From Macrostomum lignano (Eukaryota), in NCBI GenBank assembly GCA_002269645.1, contig NIVC01000084.1, positions 930,001-994,000 of the forward strand: a stretch of DNA of 64,000 nucleotides, in the 5' to 3' direction. The first letter of the stretch is position 1. Each line of letters opens with the position of its first letter. A program made the position numbers and the translations under genes. Below the pieces are notes generated by a model. It saw nothing but the letters and a program-made list of their open reading frames with translations, was not told the origin of the DNA and did no database searches. Below are positions 9,829 to 23,400 of the stretch, one piece after another.

Positions 9829-12800
9829 TAGTCTACTGTGAACGCGCATGATTGCATGGTTACCGTAGCGCTGGGTTATTTTTGATTGGTTCATTCGGTG
9901 CAGACCTAATGATGATCAATCGCTGCTGGGGTTTAAAACTGACAATTGTAGGTCACGCGTGATTGGTTGGTTGTAAAAATAGCATTATGACTTGTGCCTT
10001 TTTCAAATTGGTTGACAAAATTACGCATGTGATTCAATACTTATTCAAGAATTACAGTAAGATTACAGTTTTTCTGATACAGTATACTCTGAATTGACTG
10101 AATAAAATGCTTAAGTAGTACGTTAACATTTTTTATGTTATTTCTGTGGAAGTACATGTCGAACACCTACATGTACATGTACTATCAGGTGGATCGCCGC
10201 GCCACCTGGTGTACCCGTTCTTTTCCCATTCGTGTAACCCTCTCTTCCACCCGGGGTAACGCTTCCTCTCTCGGTGATCGACTCATGAGAGTAGCTAGAG
10301 CGGCCGTATTTAAAGAGTCTTCGCCCCTCTTTCCCACCAGACTCGAGTGGAATAAACGGCCTTCCCGGACTTCAAGTTTCCAATATTCGAGGCCCCTTAT
10401 TAATTTGTAAGCCTGACTGCCCCTTGACCCGATCCAAATCCTCTCCCGATCATCAAACTAATTATAATTAACTTTGCTCAACGTTAATAATTATTCTTTG
10501 CTGAACGTTAAACCATAAATAATAATATTCCGTTAGCGCCGCAGCTATTTTTTTAAGCGCGGTTATTCGTTTGTTAAGCCGGTGTCTTAGCCTTCGCAAC
10601 CTCGGAAGCATTCATACGGTGCTCTAACTACTAAAAGAGAATTTCTCGGCAAATTCGCGCTAATTGAGTCTTAGAACTTTTTAAAAATTTCCGCGAATTA
10701 CCGCGTTGGTGGCGGCGAAGTAGTGGAGCTACTACTCTAGTACAGCACTCAGCAAATATTAGTTTTATTTGAAGTTCTCCGTACAAGCGGCTACATTTCT
10801 GCATATTCGGCATTCTGAGAGACGGAAGGCATTGCTTTACCGCTCAGCCACGACCACAGCTACCCTCCCCCCTGGAGCCTGAGGAACTCATGCAGCAGCC
10901 GGAGCTCCCTTATTTTGCACCCCAAGTTAGTACGAGTTTGTTTAATCGCAACAGATCAGCACCGATTTGAACGGCCGAAACGGAAATCCACACCGGAAAA
11001 TTTTCTTACTTTTTTAACAGTGTTCTTAGAAAGCATCAACATCAACAATACTTACAAGAGCACGAATCTCAATAACTTGTGTCGTAGTATTTGTGTTCTA
11101 TATAACATATTATAGTTAAAATCGAAAAAAAATATTATCGAAAAGTTAAGTATAACATACTATACATACATGTAAAAATGCATCAGTTCGACTGTGGACT
11201 ATGGGCCTTTTCATATTGCCCAGACCCAGGTTCTACACCAGAATCAGATCAGAATCAGAATCAGAATTGTAGAACCAGATCCAATTTGTAATGTATAACG
11301 TTTTCTCTCCTTAACTGGAGGGATATACGTGCTTTAAAGTTGTAATTATTGAATTACACGCAATAGCCAAGAACAAAGTGAAAAATGTGCTACGTGTAAC
11401 GTGAGGCTGTTGTTGAGTTAAATAGTTATACTGCTTTTTTCTTGGAAGATCCGAACCGTTTTTGGTTCTAAAATCGGTAATGTGAAAGCCTATATTTAGG
11501 GCCTATATATATATTAATTATTACTTTACTATATTAGTTTACAATCATACAGGCCTAGTCGAACTGAAAATTGGTTAGGGGCTGAAACTGTTTTGGGGCG
11601 AAACAAGCAGAATTCAAAATTTTATAGATCACCTATCACAATTTATATATCTTATATCTAAAGCTGAGTGGATTGATCGTACATTATATTTTGCTAAGTA
11701 TCAGGATTCAAATATATTTAAAAAGGAGCCTAGGCTAATCTATTTTTTTCAATACAATAGGTCCATCCTATAACAATAACAATATAATATATAGCCTATA
11801 TATGGCATTACTGTAATTTGGCCATAGACTATAGATAGTTATGCATACAGCCTTGTCTTGTCTAGCCTAAAATTTTATCTTTTTAGGCTAGCTTTTTAAG
11901 GCCTAGGCCCTAATATAAACTATAGTAGGCCTATAAGTTTATTGGCCTAAATAGTTTAAGACTGTAGGACTCTATAACCTATTTAAGATATAGGCCCCTA
12001 ATTTGTAAAGGCAACTGGATATTTTGCCTTTTGGAAAATAGACGGTTCAGTTAGGCAATGACTATTTGTCTTGTTACTAGATAATAAAAGTGAAGTTATT
12101 CATTTAGTACTGGATAAATATAAGTGAAGTTATTTGTTTGGTACCAGCTAAGCTGCGTGAATTTATATCACTCTGCGTATCTTTTCTAGCAAGGTATACT
12201 AGTGTGATGTTAGATTGTCCTGTCTTCTGATGATTAGTCAGTACTGAGTTTGAATCTATACTATAGTGATGACTGCACTTTTTTATTGTAACAACTCCAA
12301 TGGTTATTGTAATAAGCCTAACTCTAAGTCCTTATTTTGGTGTTTGTGTTATATAGTAGCAAATGTTGTTATTACTTTTGACTATACTATGACTAGGCCT
12401 ACTATTTACTATGAAACCAAAATATACTGCTAATATATATAGCAAATATATTAGCATATTAGCATATTGACAAATAACTTCACTTTTATTTATCTGGTAC
12501 TAGACAAATAATAGTTACATAATTCATCTAATATTTGATATTGATATGTTAGTCACTGCCTTTCAATTAATAGTTATCATCAAAAGACTCTACTGTCTAC
12601 ATTTTGTTTAGCCTTCTAAAGGTTAGGTTTTGGTTTAAAATTAAGAAATTACAAAAAAGGCCTAAAAATTGATATAACAAAGAAAAATTTGCATAGTATT
12701 AGTAGATTATGATAGGGGCCTATACTTGTCAAGCAAATAACTTGACAAATATTTCTAGCAATCTTATAGGCCTAGTTTTGCATATTAAATTATTTTTGTT

Positions 12801-14825
12801 GGAAATAGGCCTAATAACTTTTAACTAACTTAAAGCTTAGTAAGAGATAGAATAAATAATAGAAAACAAATTTAATATATTATAGAGTGCCTACTTTTGT
12901 TTAAATGCCTATAAATTATATTAATAGATATTAAATGGCTGTTTGCCAATAGGTGGTACCTGGCAAACTATTTTATATATCATAGAAGCCATCTTGTTTG
13001 TAGTTATTCCATGTATATTATACAAGTTGATATCAAGTTTTTTAGAGTTTTGTAGTAGGATACAGCTTGGCCATATGTATAGGTAAAATTATTGCTAAGG
13101 CAGCAGATTAGCCAGCCATGAATTGTAAGCTAGAAAAAAACATTTTTATATTATACATATTTAAACAAAAGTAGGCACTTAATAATATGTTAAATTTGTT
13201 GCCTATTACCTATTTTGTCATTTACAAAGCTTAAAGTTACTTAAAATTAATTATTTTTAACAAAAATAATTAAATGTACAAAATTATAAGATTGCCAGAT
13301 GTTCATTTGTCTGTTTTATTAGGGTGAACCAAAAGTTTCCAGAATTCGAACAATTGAAAACTATAACAAATAATATCAAGAACAAACAGTTTACAGTAAT
13401 GTGATGTGAGGCTCACCCTAATTACTAAATATGCTATTTTATCTCATATCTAACCTGGCTACCCTAAATTTCCTGCATATATAGAACACTTATAAAAAAG
13501 AGCTTATTTTTTAAATTTATAATGATATGACTATCAGTTTTTTTATTAAGTCTTCTATGAAATAATAATTTAAACTGTTTTAATCTATATAATATAAAAG
13601 CCTAATTATACAGTGATATTATACAAAAAATTCTTTGAAATGATTTTTTTCTACTCTTTAGGCCTATATTTGCTTTATATTATATACAGTGTAATTTTGC
13701 ATTTCACTTTGTTTAAAAAAACCTCTTCATTTAAATTTAGGCCTACCTTAGTATACATACAGGCAGGTTAAAGGACTTTTTAAAGTTAAAAGTCAAATTA
13801 TATTCCAAGGTCTAGAATAAGAATAAACTATATTTAAATTATTTTATAATAAAATTTAAGACCTTGTAATTATATTCTGGGTTTTTTTCGCCAGAGACAA
13901 AGTGCAAAATCGCACCTTGTGCCAAATTTCAAGGTGAGATTTTAAGGCTCAGAGTGCAATTTCTCTTGAGTCTTGTTTCAGACAACTGAGAATGTATATT
14001 TTAATATCTTACATAAGGCTATAGCCATAGGCTATATCGCCTATATGACTTAATAGGATTTAAAGAGTTATTTTGTTTCATATTTTAAGGCAGTGCATGA
14101 AAAATAGCTTAAGCATGGTTAAGCCTTTAAAGAAAAATGGTTATAAGACTGCACCTAAACTGCACCTACTTTTTTTATTTCAGGGTGCGATTTTAAAATT
14201 TAGGGTGCATACACACACTCTACGCACAAAAAACCCTGACTATATTTCCTTCCTATATGCATTTGATTATAATACTAAAGAGACATTCTTTTTTGAAAAA
14301 TATAGACCAGTAGTTAATGAGTTAAGAAGGTGATGTACTGGTAGCATATATTAAAATAATATTTTGGAAGATAATCTATATACCACCTAGGTGCAATCTA
14401 TGTGCTCTTTATTTATGGCTCTTCATGTACTTTTTTCATGTTATTTCTTACCATAGAAACTAGGCCCTATATAAACCAAAAATGGTTATAAAATGTTTGT
14501 GTTATTAGTATTTTATTTTTTAAAATATAGCTTTTTGGTTAAATGTATGGTTCTTAGTAAAAAATTACCAAATAAAAGAGAAAAATAAAGAAAATAAAAT
14601 TAGTATTCTTTAGCAAAAATGTGTATTACTATTAGTATACTATATTTAGATAAATTAAACTTGATAAAAACTTCTGTTAGTCTATTTATAAACTTATTTT
14701 ACTTTTTTTCTATATTAAACTTGTTCAAATTTTAAGCATTTTTACCCATTTTTAGTTGTCTTCATTATTTTCATATTCTATTTTAAAGGAACCCTTAAGT
14801 AAATAGCAACCTTACAATAAATATA

Positions 14826-15823
14826 CCTTTTCAACTTTGGATTTGTCAAAAGTGAGTTCAAATTCATCAGCATATGCAAAACTATATAAAGCTCAAGGCT
14901 GCAAGGGGAAGAGAATGAGTGTCTATGGTAAATTTTTAGAGAAAGTGACTTCTAATTTGTCTAAATAAGTTAAATTCGTCAGTGCAAATACAGCCTGATC
15001 AGAAAAAGTGTCTGCTTTGTCCATGGTAAGAAAAGAAAATGTCTATAGTAAATTTAAGTAAGAAAGTGAGTAAATTTTGTCTGTGGAAAAGTAGCCAAAT
15101 TTCTTTAAAATCTTCATTTCATGCTTTGGTTATTGTCAGAGATGCCCTACATGACAACAAATGTCCAATGTAACCCACAAAGTCCCATCAAGCCAACAAC
15201 TGATTGCCTGCATTGTCATAGAAGGAGCAGCAGGAAAATCTGCAGCAAGCTTTTACTGCATCTCTTTGAGGGTCACAGTTGGCTTCTCTTCCACATACCT
15301 CATCAATGCCCCGAGTATCTCCTCAGAAAACTTTGGTCTCACTGCACCTCCACGCGCGTTAAGATCAATATCCTACCCTCATCAAAATATTTCTTGATGA
15401 TGTCACTAGCAGTTGTCCTCTTGATATCCTGTTCAATTGCAAGTTGTCTCCAGTCTCATCCTTGTTGAAAACATCACACGAGTCTAGAGCAATCCACAGA
15501 TGAAATTCTTATGTAGGGCATCTATGACAATAATCAAAGCATGAAATGAAGATTTCAAGAAATAGGCTACTTTTCCACAAACTTCACTCACTTTCTTACT
15601 TAAATTTACCATAGACACCTTCTTTTCTTACCATGGACAAAGCAAACACTTTTTCTGACCAGGCTGTATTTGCACTGATGAATTTCACCTACTTAGACAA
15701 ATTTGAAGTCACTTTCTCTAAAAATTTACCATAGACACACATTCTATTCCCCTTGAGCGCTATATAGTTTTGCATACGCTGACGAATTTGAACTCACTTT
15801 TGACTAATCCAAAGTTGAAAAGG
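14826..15823 (-). mobile_element. Non-autonomous IS630/Tc1/mariner-type DNA transposon: ~330-bp TIRs, TA TSD, degenerate N-terminal transposase HTH remnant
   Basis: TA|CCTTTTCAACTTTGGATT...AATCCAAAGTTGAAAAGG|TA. The arms 14826-~15150 and ~15506-15823 are reverse complements. The minus-strand centre reads DWRQLAIEQDIKRTTASDIIKKYFDEGR/(frameshift)RGGAVRPKFSEEILGALMRYVEEKPTVTLKEMQ*KLAADFP...ISCWLDG. Confidence 0.85.
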
Positions 15824-16756
15824 TACATTTAAAATACTTTAAAGACCATTAGAGCCTTTCATTTAATAGATAAAGATAGAATAGATAGAGAACTAGAAAT
15901 AAATGAATATTGCTACTTGCCAGTTTTTAAGCTTTTAAAGTAGGAACTCAAAGTCTCTTTTTCGAACTTGGTTAGAAAATTAAGTAACAGAGATTTCTTT
16001 ATTATATACAAATTATGTAGTTAGAGTAGTAGTGGCATAAGTTGAGATAAATGTAGTTGCTTTTAAAGATTATAAGAAAATCTTCTATCCAAATATACTA
16101 CGAGTAAATCTCTAAGGTTTGTATGTTTGAATGAATATCCATAATGCTCTAGAGATTTTTTAAACTAAAACTCTAAAACTTAAAATCTTTTAAACAAACA
16201 TTTATATACAAATAGGCTTAGATATATTTTCATATTCCTTGTAGCTTGAAATTTACTTTTTCTAGTATTAAAATATTTATAGCTAATTATTTAGGTTAAG
16301 ATGTGCATGATTATAAAATGGTTTTGAAGGTAGCAATTAGAATTCTAACTTCTACTATAACTAAAATTTTCTCATAGCCAATCTATATACTTGTATTTGT
16401 AGTTAATTAATTTCCTAGAACTTCCAATAACTTTTATCAATGTTAAATCCAATAGTAGCAATTTAAAAGTAACTTTTAGTTGGTTAATTTGCCACAGTTT
16501 AACTTAATAAAAATCAAAATTACATTAATTAGCCAAAGAATTAGCAAACTTGAAAATTAATATAAATTTACCCCTTATAAAGTAAAGTAATGTCAAGTAA
16601 TGTTTATTTACCTTAAATCACATCAATTAGGATCTATGAGAATTTCTTGCAAGAAGTTTTCTTGCTAAGGTTTGCCTACATGAGCTTTTCTCATTTGAGA
16701 TTTTCTCACCAAGCTTTTCCTACCAAGATTTTTCTGCAGCAAGGTTTTCCTGCTAT

Positions 16757-16919
16757 GGTTTTCCTAGTCAGAATTTCAAGTCAAATCCAATCAGATTTGA
16801 AATATAGTTGTCTAGTTCTAATCTAGTCTAGTTTATGTCTAGTCTAGCCTAGTCTAGTTCCAATCTAGCCCAGCATTGTCTATAGACTGGATTTGACTTG
16901 AAATTCTAACTAGAAAACC
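16757..16919. mobile_element. Small foldback/MITE-like element (~33-bp inverted arms)
   Basis: GGTTTTCCTAGTCAGAATTTCAAGTCAAATCCA pairs with TGGATTTGACTTGAAATTCTAACTAGAAAACC around a TCTAG-rich core. Confidence 0.55.
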
Positions 16920-17433
16920 CTGCAGGAAATTCTTATGCTCCAATTAATCAACCTTCAGGCTATTAGTTAATTACCTCCCCCCCCCAATATTAACCCTCAT
17001 TTTCAACAGGAAGTGAGAAATTTGTCTTAAGCACCCAATATCCTAACCAGAAATTTGCATATGTCAGTGGACATTGCAAATCTCTCTTGCTTAAGTCCTC
17101 AACTCTAGGGACTAATTAAGGGTACCCATCTCAAAAGCCCTTTGAAACTGGCAAAATTCATTTATTTCTTTTGCTTTATGCCCACCCATGAAATCAAGGG
17201 CTCCAATGATGTTTTATTAAATGCCAATATAGGAAACTAGATATAGGACTAAATCAACTAGCAATGACACACATACATGGAGCTTAATTGTTAAACAGTT
17301 TAAATCACTATAGTGAAGCATAATCTTAGTAACAATAACTTGCATTGTATATTGCATGTTATTAAAAAAAGAAACAGCATACAAAAATAATTAATAGTAT
17401 TCAGTACTGTAAACTTCAATAGCCAGCCAAGGA

Positions 17434-20400
17434 ATGTCAAACAATGGGCAGCAGAAGCCAGCCGAGCTTAGCAGCGAGTTCAATAGGCTACAGCAGCAGC
17501 AACAGCGCAGGCTGGAACGAATGAAAGAAATAAAGCAACAGCAACAGCAACAGTCTTCTTCCCAGACTCAACTGCAGTCCAGGCAATCCACAGCTTTTGG
17601 TGGCGTTGAAGATAATCTAGGCCTGTCTATTGCTAGTAGCGGAAATAGCAAAAGCAACAATAACAGCAATAATGATGCTACAGAGACGCTGGAACTGCGC
17701 GATCGCGTGCGCGCTTTAACAGACGAAAATGGTCGCCTATTGAAGCTAGTTAATGAGCGAGAATTTGAAATTCAACGCTTGCAAAAGGCTAAAGATCGGC
17801 TAACAATGGGCGCCGGAGGCGAAGGCGGCTCGAATGCCGAGTCTGGCGCCGCCACAGCCGCGGCATCAACTAAAATTGTCGAACTATCAAAAAAGATTCG
17901 CGAATTAACGGCTGAATTAGAGAAGGAGCGAACTAAATCGGCTCAATTGAGTAGGAAATGTCACGAGTTGGAGCGGGCCAGCGCTGCTTCGGCTGCCGCT
18001 CCGGCCTCGGCGCCCCCTAAGATGGCGCCTAGCGCTGCCGGGGAGGCGCCAGAGGAGTCTACTAAAAAGGAACGGAAAGAATTGAAAGAACGATTGAAAG
18101 CCAGCGATGCTAAGCTGACTGATTTGCGCGGGCAGGTCAGCTTTATACCAATTCTAATTACTGATTCCCAAAATCCCCATTTTTTTAGCTAAAGCTATCC
18201 ATTATTCGCCACATCTCCAGGCGTTATTATTTCCCAAATCACCCATAATTTCCCAAATCCCCCATGATTCCCCAAATCCCCTGCATTATTCCCCAAATGC
18301 TCTACATGACTTCCCAAAATCCCATTCATGATTTCCCAAGTCCCCCATGTTTTCCCAAATCCCCCATGATTTCCCAAATCCCCCATTAATCCCCAAACCC
18401 CCATCATTTTTAAATCCTTCATTAATCCGCGAATCCCTAATATCCCCAATATCCCAAATCCCACATGGTTATGCTATGCAACTATAATTTACCATAATAA
18501 ATTTTCTATCTACAATGTCATGTCAATCAATCCCAGGTACAAACGTTAACTCGCGAATTGAACATAGCTAAGAAAGTTCTGGCCGAAGAATTGGGCGACT
18601 GCGGCGTTACGCCAGTTCAGCTGCTAGCCGGGCAGGGTAGCAACTGGAAAGGTCGCCAACAGCAGGTGCTGATGCTGCAGGCTCGGGTTCGCGAGCTCGA
18701 ACAGCGATTGAAATCGGCCGAGTCAACTTCGTCAAATTTGATGATGTCGACTGGGGCAACGTCTCTAGGATATGACGCTTTCTCTGTGGGTTCGGCGGCT
18801 TCTACTCAGCGGGGTGTCGATAATAAGTCTACCACTGCGACTGCGGCTAACAGAGACCTGCAGCGGCTGCAGCGGGAGAGGCGAGAGGCGGTTGAGCGTT
18901 CGGAGAAAGAGCTGCGAGAGTTGCGCGACGAGAGAGAGAAATTGCAGGTGAGTGGTTGGGATCATGACGGATTAGTGATGGGATGATTTGGGATCATGAC
19001 GGATTAGTGATGGGATGATTTGGGATCATGACGGATTAGTGATGGGATGATTTGGGATCATGACGGATTAGTGATGGGATGATTTGGGATCATGACGGAT
19101 TAGTGATGGGATGATTTGGGATCATGACGGATTAGTGATGGGATGATTTGGGATCATGACGGATTAGTGATGGGATGATTTGGGATCATGACGGATTAGT
19201 GATGGGATGATTTGGGATCAGGCCGGATTAGTGATGGGATTATTTGGGATCATGGCGGATTTGTGATGGGATTATTTGGGATCATGGCGGATTTGTGATG
19301 GGATTATTTGGGATGATGGTGGATTAATGATGGGATTATTTGGGATCATGGCGGATTAGTAATGGGATTAGAGCTATTTGGGATCATGACGGATTAGTAA
19401 TGGGATTAGAGCTATTTAGGATCATGACGGATTAGTGATGGGATTATTTGGGATCATGGCGGATTTGTGATGGGATTATTTGGGATCATAACGGATTAGT
19501 GCTGGGATTATTTGGGATCATGGCGGATTAGTGATGGGATTATTTGGGATCATGGCGGATTTGTGATGGGATTATTTGGGATCATGGTGGATTAATGATG
19601 GGATTATTTGGGATCATGGCGGATTAGTGATGGGATTAGAGCTATTTGGGATCATGACGGATTAGTGATGGGATTAGAGCTATTTAGGATCATGACGGAT
19701 TAGTGATGGGATTAGAGCTATTTAGGATCATGACGGATTAGTGATGGGATTAGAGCTATTTAGGATCATGACGGATTAGTGATGGGATTATTTGGGATCA
19801 TGACGGATTAGTGCTGGGATTATTTGGGATCATGGCGGATTAGTGATGAGATTATACTTATTTGGGATCCTGATGGATTAGTGATGAGATTAGAGTTACT
19901 TTGGATCATGGAGAATTAGTTATGGGATTAGTATTAGACTCATTTAGTATTCTTACAATCCTCATCGTTTCCCTTCTCCCCTTCATCTCAGGAGCGTTTA
20001 GACGGTGCCAAAGCCCGGGCAAAGACTCTGGCCAACGACAACAAGTCGCTGAAATCGCAGGTGCAAACCCTGCTCGAGAAGGGTCGCCATGATGACGAAT
20101 TAATCGCTTCGTTAATGCGCCAGCAAGAACGAGCCAGGACTCTTCTAGAAGAAGCAATGGAAGCCAGAGCTACGCTGGAAAAAGCGGCGCAGGGCGAGAC
20201 GGCCAGACAGGCGGTTCAGCGAGATCAGGAAGCTCGGGTTATCGATCGATTGAAGGAGATCGTTGCTGATAAGGAGGCTCAGATTCGAAAGCTTCAACAG
20301 CAGGTGTCTGGACGGCGTTCCGGAGACGCTGATGATGAAGACAATTTTGACCAGCCTCTGCCGCTACCGATGCCGCTCACTCAGGTAATAACCGGTAATC

Positions 20401-23400
20401 CCTATGCCATTTCGAAAATAGCCCATTAATCCTTTAAAGTTATTTTTAATCCCTAAGCCACCCTAAGAATTGTCCCTTAAGCTTTTAAGAATCGCCCCTA
20501 ATCCACCTTAATATCGCCCCTAATCCACCTTAATATCGCCCCTAATCCACCTTAAAAATCGACCCTAATCCACATTTAGAATCGCCCTTAATTCACCTTT
20601 AGAATCGCCTCTAATCCACCTCTAGAATCGCCCCTAATCCGCCTTAACAATCATCCCTAATCCACCTTAATATCGCCCCTAATCAACCTTAAAAATCGAC
20701 CCTAATCCACATTTAGAATCGCCCCTAATCCACCTCTAAAATCGCCTTAATTCAACTTTAGAAGCGCCCCTAATCCACCTTTAGAATCGCCCTTAATTCA
20801 CCTTTAGAATCGCCCCTAATCCGCCTTAATAATCATCCCTAATCCGCCTTAAGAGTCGCCCCTAATCCACTTGAGGACCCTTCACCCGAATCCTCCTTTA
20901 GAATCGCCCGTAATCCTCCTTAAGGAATCGCCCCTAATTCACCTTAAAAATCGCCCCTAATCTAATCCACCTTAAAAATCGCCCCTAATCTAATCCACCT
21001 TAAAAATCGCCCCTAATCCACCTTAAAAATCGCCCCTAATCCACCTTAAAAATCGCCCCTAATTCACCTTAAGAATCGCTCCTAATCCACCTTAAAAATC
21101 GCCCCTAATCCACCTTAAGAATCGCCCCTAATCCATCTTAAAAATCGCCCCTAATCCACCTTAAGGATCGCCCCTAATTCACCTTAAGAATCGCCCCTCA
21201 TCCACCTTAAGAATCGCCTCTAATCCATCTTAAATATCGCCCCTAATCCACCTTAAAAATCGCCCCTAATTCACCTTAAGAGTCGCCATTAATCCACTTA
21301 AAGAATCGCCCCTAATCCACCTTAAGGGTCGCCATTAATCCACTTAAAGAATCGCCCCTAATCCACCTTAAGAGTCGCCATTAATCCACTTAAAGAATCG
21401 CCCCTAATCCACCTTAAGAGTCGCCATTAATCCACCTTAAAAATCGCCCCTAATCCTCCTTAAAGAATCGCTCAAAATAAAAGTGGATAACATTATTTCT
21501 CACCGCAACTTCATTTTGGCACATTTCGTTTCGCAGAAAGTGGAACGAGCCGTTTCTGCTCGTCCGCGCACTGCCAGCAGCAGCGGCGGCGGCGGCGACG
21601 TTGGCACTGACAGATCATCTGGCGCCGGCGCTAGCGCTAGCGCCGCTGAATTAGCCGAACTGCGCGCCCTGTTAAGCGCCTGCGAAGTTGAACGGGACAG
21701 GCTAAGGGAATTGGCTGGCGTACAGGAGACCAGGTGAGATTAGACAGTGAGCACAGGCTGAGATTAGACAGTGAGATTAGACAGTGAGCACAGGCTTAGA
21801 TTAGACAGTGAGATTAGACAGTGAGCACAGGCTGAGATTAGACAGTGAGCACAGGCTGAGATTAGACAGTGAGCACAGGCTGAGATTAGACAGTGAGCAC
21901 AGGCTGAGATTAGACAGTGAGCACAGGCTGATATTAGACAGTGAGATTAGACAGTGAGCACAGGCTGAGATTAGACAGTGAGCACAGGCTGATATTAGAC
22001 AGTGAGATTAGACAGTGAGCACAGGCTGAGATTAGACAGTGAGATTAGACAGTGAGCACAGGCTGAGATTAGACAGTGAGATTAGACAGTGAGCACAGGC
22101 TGAGATTAGACAGTAAGCACAGACTGAGATTAGACAGTGAGCACAGGCTGAGATTAGACAATGAGCACAGGCTGAGATTAGACAGTGAGCACAGGCTGAG
22201 ATTAGACAGTGAGCACAGACTGAGATTAGACAGTGAGCACAGACTGAGATTAGACAGTAAGCACAGACTGAGATTAGACAGTGAGCACAGACTGAGATTA
22301 GACAGTGAGCACAGGCTGAGATAAGACAGTGAGATTAGACAGTGAGCACAGGCTGAGATTAGACAGTGAGCACAGACTGAGATTAGACAGTTAGCACAGG
22401 CTGAGATTAGACAGTGAGCACAGGCTGAGATTAGACAGTGAGCACAGGCTGAGATTAGACAGTGAGCACAGACTGAGATTAGACACTGAGATAACACAGT
22501 GATGAGAACAGGCTGAGATTAGACAGTGAGCACAGGCTGATATTAGACAGTTAGCACAGGCTGAGATTAGACAGTGAGCACAGGCTGAGATTAGACAGTG
22601 AGCACAGACTCACAGACTGAGATTAGACAGTGAGCACAGGCTGAGATTAGACAGTGAGCACAGACTGAGATTAGACACTGAGATAAGACAGTGATGAGAA
22701 CAGACTGAGATTAGACAGTGAGCACAGGCTGAGATTAGACAGTGAGCACAGGCTGAGATTAGACAGTGAGCACAGACTCACAGACTGAGATTAGACAGTG
22801 AGCACAGGCTGAGATTAGACAGTGAGCACAGACTGAGATTAGACACTGAGATAAGACAGTGATGAGAACAGGCTGAGATTAGACAGTGAGCACAGGCTGA
22901 TATTAGACAGTGAGCACAGGCTGAGATTAGACAGTGAGCACAGACTGAGATTAGACAGTGAGCACAGACTGAGATTAGACAGTGAGATAAGACAGTGATG
23001 AGAACAGGCTGAGATTAGACAGTGAGATTAGACGATTAGTGATTAGACAGGCCCTGACCGCACACCTGCAGATATCAGCACCTGCTGGATCGCGAAGCAA
23101 AATCAGCTGCTCAACTTCAGTCGACCATGCGGCGTCTGGCTCTGCTCGAACGTCAATTAGAGAAATCTTCTAGGCAAACTGGTAAAACTGCTCAGCCTCA
23201 TCCGGGTACTAGCGTTGCCATAGAGATGCCTAGCGACGCTGAATTAGCCGCTCTGTTGTCCGACGACCTTGCCGCCAACAAGGAGTCGGTTGATCGGCTG
23301 CGAGATGCGCTGACCGCCTGCTACGAGGAGGCGTCATCGCTGAGACGCGCTCTGCAATCGGCGCTGCATTCTAAGAATGAGGATTTGAAAATGCTGACGG

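Noticed and set aside
11203-11490. Possible PIF/Harbinger-type MITE (GGGCCTTTTCATATT...AATGTGAAAGCC, TAT flanks)
   Set aside because: The termini align only with indels and the arms are too degenerate to call.
20490-21475. Interstitial telomere (CCCTAA in each unit)
   Set aside because: CCCTAA occurs once per 23-bp unit and never in tandem, so it is not a telomeric array.
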